Assembly (NCBI GenBank): GCA_028826165.1
Contig: JAPDFW010000070.1
Coordinates: forward strand, 558,001-622,000
Direction of reading: 5' to 3'
From: Anaeramoeba ignava BMAN
Taxonomy: Eukaryota; Protista; Anaeramoebae
Length of the DNA: 64,000 nt
Shown here: piece after piece, positions 23,634 to 35,300 of the stretch
Layout of the letters: every line of letters begins with the position of its first letter
How positions within the stretch are numbered: position 1 is the stretch's first letter
Made by a program: the position numbers and the translations under genes
Notes under the pieces: generated by a model
The model's input: the letters and a program-made list of their open reading frames with translations, nothing else
The model's database searches: none
Told to the model about the DNA's origin: nothing

Positions 23634-25271
23634 ATGGATAATAATAATAATAACCAAATTGAAAATGCAAATCAAAATCAAAATGAAAATGAAATGAAAA
23701 ATTTAGAAAAAAAAGTAACAAAAAATTTAATTAAAGATTATTCAAACCTTTTAAATGGAAATTCATTTAAAGATTTTTCAATTTTTGTTGAGAATAAATC
23801 AAATCCTTTTGAAATTAAAGTTCATAAATCAATTTTATCTTCAAGATCTCCTTTTTTTAATGAATCATTAAGGCAAGAATCTCTTTCTATTTCTTTAAAT
23901 CAATTTAATAAAAAAGAAATGGAATCAATTTTGAGTTATATTTATTATGGAAATATTTCTTTTGAGAATCAAGAAAATCTTATTCAATTATTGGAAATTT
24001 CAATTTATTTTAAATTAAATTTATTGAAAGAAATTATTCAAAAAAAAATTTTAAATTCAATTAATTATTCAAATTTTTTCCAATTTTTATTCCAAAATCG
24101 AAATTTAAATTCAAATGAAATTGAAATAAAATGTTTTGAATTAATAAATCAAAATTTTTCCCAAATTCAGAATAATGAAAATTTATTCAATTTAACTAAA
24201 GAAGAAATTATCAAATTTATTCAATTTAAACAAGAAAAAAAAGAAATTTTTCAATTTGATTTTTTTCAATTTTTAAATAATTGGATTGAAAAAAGAAATG
24301 AAAGATTAAAAGGAAAGAAAGAAAAAGAAAAAGAAAAAGAAAAGGGAATTGAAAAGAAAAGATTATTTCATTCTTTTTTTTCATTATTTGATAAAGATTC
24401 AATTTCAAAACAAGATTTTGATAAATTAAAACAATTTGATTTTTTTCCCAAATCTTTTTTAGTTGATATTCAAAACAAAGTTATTCAAGATAATCAAAAA
24501 GAAAATCAACAAATGAAAATTGAAATTGAAAACAAAGAGAAGGAAATTGAAGATAAAGAGAAAGAAATTGAGAATAAAGAGAAGGAAAATCAACAAATGA
24601 AAATTGAAATTGAAAACAAAGAGAAGGAAATTGAGAGAATGCAACCTATTTTTGATCAATTTCAAATGGAAGAAATCAGCAAGAATTTTCCTCAATTTTC
24701 AGATTCAGAAATTATTCAAGATATTGAATATGTTAAGAAATTACAAGAATGGATAAATGATAATGATTTTTTTTCTAAAATGAAAAAAGGATTTTCAGCA
24801 AAAAGAGATGGATTTGATTCTCAAAATTGGCATAATGCAGTTGATAATAAAGGAAAAACATTAGTTATTATCAAAACAAAACAAAATTTTATTTTTGGAG
24901 GTTTTACTCAAGTTGGATGGAGAAAAGGAGGTGATTATTTTCTCAGAGATTCAAATGCATTTATTTTTTCATTAAGAAATGATAAAGGAGATAGAAAACC
25001 AGAAAAGTTTACAATTAAACAAGGACAAGAAGGATATGCAATTGAACACAGTTATTCCAGATTTGGGCCTGGATTTGGAGGAGGTAGTTATGGTCCATCA
25101 AATAGCACAGATTTTTACTTAGGATCAAACTTACAACCTGGTTATTCAAATATCGGTCATACTTATAATACACCTAATGGAATTACTTATAATACAAATG
25201 AATCTAAAAGTTATTTAGCTGGTTCTTATAATTCATGGGTTGTTGATGAACTTGAAACTTATTTCATTTAA
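23634..25271 (+). CDS. BTB/POZ + coiled-coil + TLDc domain protein
   Basis: Intronless 545-aa ORF. BTB: DFSIFV...IKVHKSILSSRSPFF. TLDc: FSAKRDGFDSQNWHNAVDNKGKTLVIIKT...FIFGGFT...FIFSL...GPGFGG...VDELETY. Confidence 0.9.
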   Translation: MDNNNNNQIENANQNQNENEMKNLEKKVTKNLIKDYSNLLNGNSFKDFSIFVENKSNPFEIKVHKSILSSRSPFFNESLRQESLSISLNQFNKKEMESILSYIYYGNISFENQENLIQLLEISIYFKLNLLKEIIQKKILNSINYSNFFQFLFQNRNLNSNEIEIKCFELINQNFSQIQNNENLFNLTKEEIIKFIQFKQEKKEIFQFDFFQFLNNWIEKRNERLKGKKEKEKEKEKGIEKKRLFHSFFSLFDKDSISKQDFDKLKQFDFFPKSFLVDIQNKVIQDNQKENQQMKIEIENKEKEIEDKEKEIENKEKENQQMKIEIENKEKEIERMQPIFDQFQMEEISKNFPQFSDSEIIQDIEYVKKLQEWINDNDFFSKMKKGFSAKRDGFDSQNWHNAVDNKGKTLVIIKTKQNFIFGGFTQVGWRKGGDYFLRDSNAFIFSLRNDKGDRKPEKFTIKQGQEGYAIEHSYSRFGPGFGGGSYGPSNSTDFYLGSNLQPGYSNIGHTYNTPNGITYNTNESKSYLAGSYNSWVVDELETYFI

Positions 25272-25321
25272 AAACTTTTTTATCATTTTTTTTCAAAATT
25301 CAATTCAATGTTCATTTCCTT

Positions 25322-26390
25322 TCAATCAAAATCAAAATCAAAATCAAAATCAAAATCAAAATTAAAATCAAAATCAAAATTTAATTCAAAATCAAAATCA
25401 AAATCAAAATCAAAATCAAATTCAAAATCAAAATCAAAATAAAAATCAAAATCAAATTAAAAATCAAAATCAAAATCAAAATCAAAATCAAAATCAAAAT
25501 CAAATTAAAAATCAAAATCAAAATCAAAATCAAATTCAAAATTAAAATCAAAATCAAAATAAAAATCAAAATCAAATTCAAAATCAAATTCAAAATCAAA
25601 TCAAAATCAAAATCAAAATCAAAATCAAAATCAAAATCAAAATCAAAATAAAAATCAAATTCAAATTCAAAATCAAATTCAAAATCAAATTCAAAATTAA
25701 AAATCAAAATCAAAATCAAAATCAAAATCAAATTCAAATCAAAATCAAAATCAAATTCAAAATCAAAATCAAAATCAAAATCAAAATCAAAATCAAATCA
25801 AAATCAAAATCAAAATCAAAATTAAAATCAAAATCAAAATTAAAATCAAAATTAAAATCAAAATCAAAATCAAAATCAAAATCAAAATCAAAATCAAAAT
25901 CAAAATCAAAATCAAAATCAAAATCAAAATCAAAAATCAAAATCAAAATCAAAATCAAAATCAAAATCAAAATCAAAATCAAAATCAAAATCAAAATCAA
26001 AATCAAAATCAAAATCAAAATCAAAATCAAAATCAAAATCAAATTCAAAATCAAATTCAAAATCAAAAATCAAAATCAAAATCAAAATCAAAATCAAAAT
26101 CAAATTCAAAATCAAATTCAAAATCAAAATCAAAATAAAAATCAAAATCAAAATCAAAATCAAAATCAAAATCAAATTCAAAATCAAAATCAAAATCAAA
26201 ATCAAAATTAAAATCAAAATAAAAATAAAAATCAAAATCAAATTCAAAATCAAATCCAAAACCAAAATCAAAATCAAAATCAAAATCAAAATCAAAATCA
26301 AAATCAAAATAAAAATCAAAATTAAAATCAAAATCAAATTCAAAATCAAAATCAAAATCAAAATCAAATTCAAAATCATTTTAAAAATAA
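25322..26390 (+). repeat. (CAAAAT)n hexamer microsatellite, ~1.07 kb
   Basis: Directly visible; it is the source of the spurious ILIL/DFDF ORFs. Confidence 0.95.
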
Positions 26391-26511
26391 ATTCCATGTT
26401 GGAATAATAAATTCCAAATAAGATTTTTTTTTTTGATTTTTTTTAGATTTTGAAAAGAAAAAAAAATTGAAAATTAAAATTTTAAAAAAAAGAATTTATT
26501 TTTCTCATTAA

Positions 26512-29037
26512 ATGTTATCAAAAATAATCAAACCAGTTTACAAAGTAGAAAAAATAATAAAGTCCCCCATTTTTGCACATTCATTTATTTTTGCGCATTC
26601 ATTTAGTTCAGGATTCTTCAAAAAAACATCTTTATTTGGAAATTTTGCAAATGACACAAAAAAAGAAATAGAAAAATATCTAGCAAAGGGATGCGAACAA
26701 AAAGACGGATTACTGAAAGAACACGAGGTGTATGATGTGCTCTCACTCGCGGGGATGCAATCGCCGTTTCATCAGTTCTTCGATTGCCGCGAAACATCAG
26801 GCGAAACATCAGCTGAGAAGATAAGGAAGTTCCAAGAAAGATGCGATCCAAGCAAAATTTACATTGCAAAAGGAGTTGTTCGATATAAAAAAACAGGACT
26901 GCTTGTGACCCACAAGACTGAGATAGGAGCGTTAATGTTTGGGGTGAAGTACCATGATCTGCCTGATGCGATAGCAAAGATGGAAGGGAAGTTTCGAGGA
27001 ACAGAGTTTGAATTGGAAGGGATTTTGTTTGCGGAAATGGTCGACTTTCCAAAAGGATTTGGCGGCGAATTTTTATTAAGCGGTTATCAAGATCCTTTTT
27101 TTGGGCCTTGTGTTGCATTTGGGTTAGGCGGGACTACAGTGGAGTATTTCAAGAAGAAGATGCGACCAAATAACGCGCAGTTGTTCTTACCGACAATGTA
27201 TGATTTCTCGACATTTGAGGATCAAATCAAGCGGTTGCCACTTACGGAGCTTTCCACGGGATTAGTCAGAGGCGTGAAGAAGAATCTGGAAACGGAAACA
27301 ATATTCAAAACAATCGAGACATTCCGCTCGCTGATTAGCCACTATTCAGCATACAATCCAGACGCCGATTACGTTATTGAGGAGATCGAAGTCAACCCAG
27401 CCGTTGCATCTCACAGTCGCATCCTCGCGCTAGATGGTGTCATGCGCGTGCGCAAAAAGAATGCTGGAGAGTTGATGCAGATCAAGTCTATGAAACCGTT
27501 GCACAAGATCCGCCATCTTTTGTGCCCAAAAACAGTCGCCATTGCCGGAGCTTCTTCGACAGGCACCAACAATCCTGGCAACATTATCCTCTCTAAATTG
27601 CTTAAGAAGGGGATTGCGAAGGAGGACATCTATCTTATTCATCCGAAGGCGAAGGAGATCAACGGGATCAGCTGTTATAAAACTGTGACGGATATGGTAA
27701 GAAAACGGGGAAATAATCCTGTCGACATGATGTTGGTTGGGATTCCAGCAAAATTTGCAGGCCAAATGATTATGGAAGCGATCAACGAGCACGCAGCAGA
27801 ATCGTTGTCTGTGATCTCTGGAGGATTTGGCGAAACGGAGCGAGGGGAGAAGATCCAGAAGGCGCTTGAAGAAACACTTGAAAAATACGACAGCAATCCA
27901 AAAAAACGGTCTGTGATTAACGGACCTAATACCGTTGGGAACATCTGTGTACGGTACGATGTGGATGCGCAGAAGGAGTATTCAGGGATTGAGACGGTGT
28001 TTACAGAAAAGCAAAAATCATCAGCAACAGGAAAAGGTTCGCCTAACGTTGCGCTTTTTTGCCAGAGCGGAGCTTATATGCTTTCTCGGATGTCAGATCT
28101 TGCCGATCTTGTAGCGCCCTCTGTTGCCGTTTCTGTCGGAAACCAAATGGATCTCAGCGCAATCGATTTTCTCGAGCATTTCCTTCCGTCCAAATCAATC
28201 ACAACTTATGCGCTTTATATAGAGGGGCTTAACAAAGGAGACGGGATCAGGCTCATGTCCTTGATCCAAAAGGCGCGCGATCTCGGCAAATTTGTTATTC
28301 TCTATAAAGCAGGACAATCCGAGGCTGGCATCTCCGCCGCAAAGGGTCACACAGCAGCAATGGCCAATGATTTCGGCATGTTCAAGCATCTCATGTCACA
28401 TTCTGGAGCTTTGATTGCTGACAGTTTTCTTCAGTATAACCAACTTATGATCACAACTTCCCGTCTTACTTCCCTCTACTCACAACTCAACGCAATCCCC
28501 AAAGACTCCAAGGTTTCTGTTGCCGCGCTTTCGAACGCAGGGTTTGAGAAATGCGCCATTGCAGACCATCTTTTTAACGAGGAATCATTGAAATATTGCA
28601 AGTTACCAAATTGGTCATCTGAAACTCTTCGCGAACTTCAAGGCATTTTCAAGAAGTTCCGAATCGGCGAAGTAGTTGATCTCCAAGATATTCTCGATCT
28701 CACTCCCATGATGACTGATGATGGTTACGACATGATTATGAGAGCTGTTCTCAAAGACCCAAATGTTCACTTTGCTATTTTTTCTGCTGTTCCAGAGACC
28801 CAAACTCTTCTCACTTTGGAGAATGAATTCCCTAAGAAAGGCAGTTTGTACCACCGTCTTGTTAATCTTAAGAAAGAGTTTGGTGATAAAAAGTCTTTTG
28901 TTGTTGTTATTGAAAGTGGGCCTAAGTATGATGCCATTTGTAAGGCTTTGATTCAAGCTGGAATCCCTACTTTTAGATCAGCTGATGAAGCTTCTTGGGT
29001 TGTTTCCAAATTGATTTCTTCTATTCGACGCGATTAA
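26512..29037 (+). CDS. ADP-forming acetyl/acyl-CoA synthetase, ATP-grasp (beta) domain N-terminal to CoA-binding/ligase (alpha) domains, with putative hydrogenosomal/mitochondrial presequence
   Basis: Intronless 841 aa. ATP-grasp motifs: THKTEIG, DPFFGPCVAFGLGG, EIEVNP, ALDG. CoA-binding motifs: VAIAGAS, ISGGFGETE, INGPN, QSGA, VSVGNQMD, LYIEG. Phospho-His loop AAKGHTAAM. N-terminus MLSKIIK... is K/S/F-rich and almost free of acidic residues. Confidence 0.9.
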   Translation: MLSKIIKPVYKVEKIIKSPIFAHSFIFAHSFSSGFFKKTSLFGNFANDTKKEIEKYLAKGCEQKDGLLKEHEVYDVLSLAGMQSPFHQFFDCRETSGETSAEKIRKFQERCDPSKIYIAKGVVRYKKTGLLVTHKTEIGALMFGVKYHDLPDAIAKMEGKFRGTEFELEGILFAEMVDFPKGFGGEFLLSGYQDPFFGPCVAFGLGGTTVEYFKKKMRPNNAQLFLPTMYDFSTFEDQIKRLPLTELSTGLVRGVKKNLETETIFKTIETFRSLISHYSAYNPDADYVIEEIEVNPAVASHSRILALDGVMRVRKKNAGELMQIKSMKPLHKIRHLLCPKTVAIAGASSTGTNNPGNIILSKLLKKGIAKEDIYLIHPKAKEINGISCYKTVTDMVRKRGNNPVDMMLVGIPAKFAGQMIMEAINEHAAESLSVISGGFGETERGEKIQKALEETLEKYDSNPKKRSVINGPNTVGNICVRYDVDAQKEYSGIETVFTEKQKSSATGKGSPNVALFCQSGAYMLSRMSDLADLVAPSVAVSVGNQMDLSAIDFLEHFLPSKSITTYALYIEGLNKGDGIRLMSLIQKARDLGKFVILYKAGQSEAGISAAKGHTAAMANDFGMFKHLMSHSGALIADSFLQYNQLMITTSRLTSLYSQLNAIPKDSKVSVAALSNAGFEKCAIADHLFNEESLKYCKLPNWSSETLRELQGIFKKFRIGEVVDLQDILDLTPMMTDDGYDMIMRAVLKDPNVHFAIFSAVPETQTLLTLENEFPKKGSLYHRLVNLKKEFGDKKSFVVVIESGPKYDAICKALIQAGIPTFRSADEASWVVSKLISSIRRD

Positions 29038-30655
29038 ATTCAAAATGAATTTTAATTTTAAATATTAATTTCAAAATGAATTTTAATTTTAAATTTTAAT
29101 TTTAAAAAATGGAATTGGAAAAGCGGATTAAATTTTTCTTTAAATTTAATATTAATTTTAATTTTAATTTCAAAATGAATTTTAATTTCAAAATGAATTT
29201 TAATTTCAAAATGAATTTTAATTTTAAAAATGAATTTTAATTTTAAATTGAATTTTAATTTTAAAAAATGGAATTGGAAAAGCGGATTAAATTTTAATTT
29301 TAATTTTAAAATGAATTTTAATTTTAATTTCAAAATGAATTTTAATTTCAAAATGAATTTTAATTTCAAAATGAATTTTAATTTCAAAAAATGGAATTGG
29401 AAAAGCGGATTAAATTTTAATTTTAATTTCAAAATGAATTTTAATTTTAATTTCAAAATGAATTTTAATTTTAATTTCAAAATGAATTTTAATTTCAAAA
29501 TGAATTTTAATTTTAAAAATGAATTTTAATTTTAAATTGAATTTTAATTTTAAAAAATGGAATTGGAAAATTTTAATTTTAAAATGAATTTTAATTTTAA
29601 TTTCAAAATGAATTTTAATTTTAATTTCAAAATGAATTTTAATTTCAAAATGAATTTTAATTTCAAAATGAATTTTAATTTTAAATTGAATTTTAATTTT
29701 AAAAAATGGAATTGGAAAAGCGGATTAAATTTTAAATTTAATTTAATTTAATTTTTAATTTTAATTTCAAAATGAATTTTAATTTAAATTTAAATTTTAA
29801 TTTTAAAAAATGGAATTGGAAAAGCGGATTAAATTTTTCTTTAAATTTAATATTAATTTTTAATTTTAATTTCAAAATGAATTTTAATTTCAAAATGAAT
29901 TTTAATTTCGAAATGAATTTTAATTTTAAAAAATGGAATTGGAAAAGCGGATTAAATTTTAAATTTAATTTAATTTAATTTTTAATTTTAATTTCAAAAT
30001 GAATTTTAATTTAAATTTAAATTTTAATTTTAAAAAATGGAATTGGAAAAGCGGATTAAATTTTTCTTTAAATTTAATATTAATTTTAATTTTAATTTCA
30101 AAATGAATTTTAATTTCAAAATGAATTTTAATTTCAAAATGAATTTTAATTTTAAAAAATAGAATTGGAAAAGCGGATTAAATTTTTCTTTAAATTTAAT
30201 TTTAATTTTAATTTTAATTTTAATTTTAATTTCAAAATGAATTTTAATTTCGAAATGAATTTTAATTTAAATTTAAATTTTAATTTTAATTTTAATTTCA
30301 AAATGAATTTTAATTTTAATTTTAATTTTAATTTTAAAATGAATTTTAATTTCAAAATGAATTTTAATTTTAAAATGAATTTTAATTTTAAAATGAATTT
30401 TAATTTTAAAAAATGGAATTGGAAAAGCGGATTAAATTTTTCTTTAAATTTAATTTTAATTTTAATTTTAATTTCAAAATGAATTTTAATTTCAAAATGA
30501 ATTTTAATTTTAAAAAATGGAATTGGAAAAGCGGATTAAATTTTAATTTTAATTTCAAAATGAATTTTAATTTCAAAATGAATTTTAATTTTAATTTTAA
30601 TTTTAATTTCAATTTTAAATTTAATTTTAAAATGAATTTTAAAATGAATTTTTTT
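29038..30655. repeat. Composite satellite: (AATTTCAAAATGAATTTT)n interspersed with ~11 copies of AAAAATGGAATTGGAAAAGCGGATTAAATTT
   Basis: The core motif recurs at irregular 100-250 bp spacing, and the spacers are built from the same 18-mer/6-mer units. Confidence 0.9.
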
Positions 30656-30685
30656 CATTTTTTTCTTTTCAAATTTCTCTTCTTT

Positions 30686-32185
30686 ATGGAATTTCTTTCT
30701 CTTCTCTCTTCTCCTGATTTCACAAACACAGAAATAATCCCACAAATACAAATACATCAAGCAGTACTTTTTACATTCATTTCAAAAAAAAAAATTTAAA
30801 AAAAAAAATTAATAAAAAAATTAATAAAAAAATTAAAAAAGAATTTTCCATTTAATTCTTCAATTGATTTCAACACATCAAAACCACTGACAGATCTTCT
30901 TCCAGAAACATTTCTTTTAAACCAAGAAACAGAAACAAACACAACAAATAACGAGAGACAAGAAAATGCAGATCAAGTTATGATTTCCGATTTAAGATCA
31001 AATAGACCAAGAGGAATTTTTCGGAGACGAAGATTTGGATTCACAACAACTGGCGAAGAATCCTTTTCAATCGAATCAACATCCGAATCATCCAGCTCAA
31101 GCGAAGACGACAGCGAGGAAAGCTTTTCATTTTTTGGTGAGCGCAACCCAGCATTAACGCTTACAAACGAGATCAATAGAGAAAACGAGCAACCCAAAAA
31201 GAAAGTGACACATATCAAGCAACGAACAGTTTTAAGACCTAACCAGAACAAGGACCTTCTTGCATGTCCCGAGACAAGCGAGGAGATCTACTCCGTAAGG
31301 GGTTTCTCAGTTGCCAAATATAATATACTCACTAAAGAAACAAAGGAAGTAATTTCTACAAGTTTTCCGTTGACAGCTTTCGCCGTTTCCAACGGAATCC
31401 TCTTTTCAGGAGGTGGCTCTTCTGAATTGCTTGCCAAGAACCTCCACACAAACACGCTTTTTTTCGATTCCACTGTCTCTAACTCCCCAATAAAGTCAAT
31501 TCATGTCTCCGCCCAAAATCATAATGAAATTTCCACTTTTATAACTACTTCAGAACGTAACGTTTATCATTATAAAGTTACCCCCAGTGATCTTGTATCC
31601 ATGCCGATTATCCAGACCAATTTTCAATCTGAACAATGCGCAATTTCCCCAAATTCAAAGTTCCTTACTGTTGTCGGAAATTCTTCCGAAATCAATATTT
31701 ACGATCCAAATCAAAATTTCGCAAAAATTCATACTGTTTCCGGCATGAAACCTCCTTCTTTTTCTGTTTCCTGGAGTGAGAATTCCCTTCATTTCGCTGT
31801 CGGCTCAAAGGAAGGTATCTGCTGTATCTGGGACATTCGAAAGCCTTCGGAAATCCTTTCCAAAATCAAATCAGAGCAATATCTCAATATGTCTAAAGGT
31901 CCTGTCAGAAATGTCAAATTTTCCCCAATTTATGATCTTCTTTTGTTTTCTGAAGCTTCCGGTTTTTTTTCCGTTGTTGATTCTCGCACTTTTGGGTCTC
32001 GCGAACTTGTTTCTTTAAACCCAATTCTTGGAAGAGTCAGTTTCAAAAAAAAGTTTCTTATTGGCGGTTGTTGGAGTCCTGATGGAGGAAGTTTATTCAT
32101 TTCAACTCCTCTTGAAATCCTTAAATTTTATGTTGATGTTCTTTCACGTAGATTATTTCCTTATGCTGATCTTAATATGAATTGA
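30686..32185 (+). CDS. WD40 beta-propeller protein (DUF2415-like family)
   Basis: Exon 30686-30763 plus exon 30842-32185 in frame. WD motifs: SFSVSWSENSLHFAVGSKEGICCIWDIR, GPVRNVKFSP, LLLFSE, WSPDGGSLF. Confidence 0.8.
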
Positions 32186-32376
32186 TAATAATATTAATAT
32201 ATTATTATTATTATTTCAAAAAAGACGAAATTTAATTAATAAATTCTGTTTTTTTCTTTTTCTTTTTTTTTCCGAAATTTTTTCCTTTTTTTTTTTGGAA
32301 ATAATAAAAGTGGAATAAAAAAAACTTTTTATTAAAATTCAAACTTTTTTTTTTTTCATTTTTTTCTTTTCTTAAA

Positions 32377-35300
32377 ATGTTTAGACAAATTCAACTTTTT
32401 TTAAATAATCTAAATTTCGATCCAAATACTCAATCTGAACTTTTCATTAATTTTCAATTATATATCCAAAAAATAAATCAAAGAATTCAAACTATAAATC
32501 AACCTGATCAAAATTCAAAAATAAATGGTATAAAAATTTTCATTTAATCAAATAAAATTTAATTTTAAAATCAACTAAATTCGGAAAAAAAAAATTTAAA
32601 GATAAAAAATTGATACAATTATATGAAATTGAAGAAACTTTACAGAAAATTGAAATTAGTTTCACAAATACAGATCCATTTGTTGCGCTTCCTATTGTTG
32701 TTTATTTTCTAGAAAATCAACCCAACTTTGAGGAAACTTATCAAAATCATCAAAATCAATATCAAAATCAAAATCCAAATCAAAATCAAAATCAAAATCA
32801 AAATCAAAATCAAAATCCAAAAAAAAATCAAAAACAAAATCTAAATAAAAATCAAAATCAAAAATCCAAAAAAAAATCAAAATCAAAATCAAAAATCAAA
32901 ATCAAAATCAAAATCAAAATCAAAATCAAAATTAAAAATCAAAATAAAAATCAAAATAAAAATCAAATTAAAAATCAAAATCAAAATCCAAAAAATCAAA
33001 ATCAAAATAAAAATAAAAATCAAAAATCAAAATCAAAATCAAAATCAAATTGAAAGTGATGATTCTAACGATGATTCAAAAACAATTATTGCTTCTGAAA
33101 AATTTCAATTCCTCAAAAATATATCTCAATGGATCCAAGAATTATTTGTCAAAATATTCTCAAAAGAAATCGATCCATCAACATATCTCAAAATAACATG
33201 CTATTTATTTAAGATATATGACTACTTCCACATTTTTCAAGTGGAAAATTTGTTTTTTTTCTCCGATATCCAATTCAACCAAAATTTCACTTCTTTGTTG
33301 ATTCAAATTTACATTCTCATTTCTGATCTATCAATAAATCCACGCAACCTAATTTCAAATATTCAAAACAACAAAAACAAAAGCTACAAATACTTACATT
33401 TCTTACTGAGTTTGCCATTTAACCAATTTTTGGAATATCTTTCTCAAATTTCAGAAACTAGATTCCAAAAGATTGATTTCCCATTAACTTATGAACTTCT
33501 TCAATTTATGCTCCAAACCATTAATCAAATTCCCGAGTCTCCCATTTCTCTTCTTCGTTTCATTCTCTCAAGAATTGCCGAAATAGCCTCACTTATTGTT
33601 GACAAAATTCAAAAATCAACAAATAATTTTCCCTATTATCATTCTGCTTCTAAAAAAATCATCACCACAAACCAAATGTTCATTGACGATATGATCACCA
33701 CAATTGTTGTGGATATCATGAAAAAAAAAAAGGCAATGCCAGATCCTCTTTACTTTCTCAGATTCCATTCAATTTCTATAAAAGGTGCTTGGACAATATT
33801 CAATATCCAAATGTTTCATATTCCTTCGGATCACAGAATTGAGGAATCAGTAATTTCTCAACAAAGAAAAAACTATTCAAATTTACCCAAAGAATCAAAT
33901 CTCACGCAATCGCAGTCACAAATACAATCACAAATAATAAATAAGGCGCAAGTACCAATTATATTTTTATTGATTTCTCTTTCCAAAAAAAAACCTTATG
34001 AATTTCGCTTTGCAATTTTGGAAGAATTACTCCATTTACTTTGGCATTATCGTTTCTCCAATTCAAGAGACTATATTATTCAACAAATAAATCTAGAATT
34101 CAGTGACTGTTGTCCCTTAATTCTTGATTTTTTTGAGAGGAATAAAGAAAAATTCCAAAGTATTGCTCCAGAAGTTTTCAACGAATTAAATCTTTCAAAT
34201 TGGTCCATCTCCAAAGAAGACTATTCAACTATTACTGATTGGCTTTTTGCTGAAAATTCTTCAAATTATGCCAAGGCTGCTAGAAGTATTATTAATAGAT
34301 TAAATTGGGGTTTTAGGAAAACTTCACAAGAGAATGAAAACCAAAAACAATTCCAAATTGAATTTGAAATTGAAAAGCAGAAAAACAATCAAAATAAAAC
34401 TCAAACTCAAACTCAAACTCAAACTCAAACTCAAACTCAAACACCAAATCCAATACAAAATAAAAATAAAACTAAAACTAAAAAACAAACTAAAACTAAA
34501 GCTCCAAATTCAATCCAAAACAAAAATGAAAATCAAAATCAAAATCAAAATCAAAACGTCAAAAAATCCAAAAAGAAAAGCATTCAAAAAATCAAAATCA
34601 AAATCAAAATCAAAATCAAAATCAAATCCAAAATCAAAATCAAAATCAAAATCAAAATCAAATTCAAAATCAAAATCAAATCAAAATTCAAAATCAAAAT
34701 CAAAATCAAAATCAAAATCAAAATCAAAATCAAAATCAAAATCAAAATCAAAATCAAAATCAAAATCAAAATCAAAATCAAATTCAAAACCAAAATCAAA
34801 ATCAAAATCAAAATCAAAATCAAAATCAAAATCAAAATCAAAATCAAAATCAAAATCAAAATCAAATCAAAATCAAAATCAAAATCAAAATCAAAATCAA
34901 ATTCAAACCAAAATCAAAATCAAAATCAAAATCAAAACCAAAATCAAAATCAAAATCAAAATCAAACCAAAATCAAAATCAAAATCAAAATCAAAATCAA
35001 AATCAAAATCAAAATCAAAATCAAAATCAAAATCAAAATCCAAATCCAAATCAAAATCAAAATCTAAATCAAAATCAAATCAAAATCAAAATCAAAATCA
35101 AAATCAAAATCAAAATCAAAATCAAAATCAAAATCAAAATCAAAATCAAAATCAAAATCAAAATCAAATCCAAAATCAAAATCAAAATCAAAATCAAAAT
35201 CAAAATCAAAATCAAAATCAAAATCAAAATCAAAATCAAAATCAAAACCAAAATCAAAATCAAAATCAAATCCAAAATCAAAATCAAAATCAAAATCAAA

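Noticed and set aside
25381-26397. ORFs encoding ILIL/DFDF/KIKI/NFNF polymers (also near 13154, 29058-30760, 34334-35766, 46953, 49196, 51696-52320)
   Set aside because: These are stop-free frames of hexamer microsatellites; most start at non-ATG codons and have no unique sequence.
26618-28956. Antisense and alternate-frame ORFs inside ACS, EPG5, WD40 and C2 genes
   Set aside because: Shadow ORFs expected in GC-richer coding DNA; no recognisable motifs.
29038-30655. CRISPR-like array (recurring ~30-bp core with spacers)
   Set aside because: The spacers are themselves repetitive and very variable in length, there are no cas genes, and the context is eukaryotic; it is a composite satellite.
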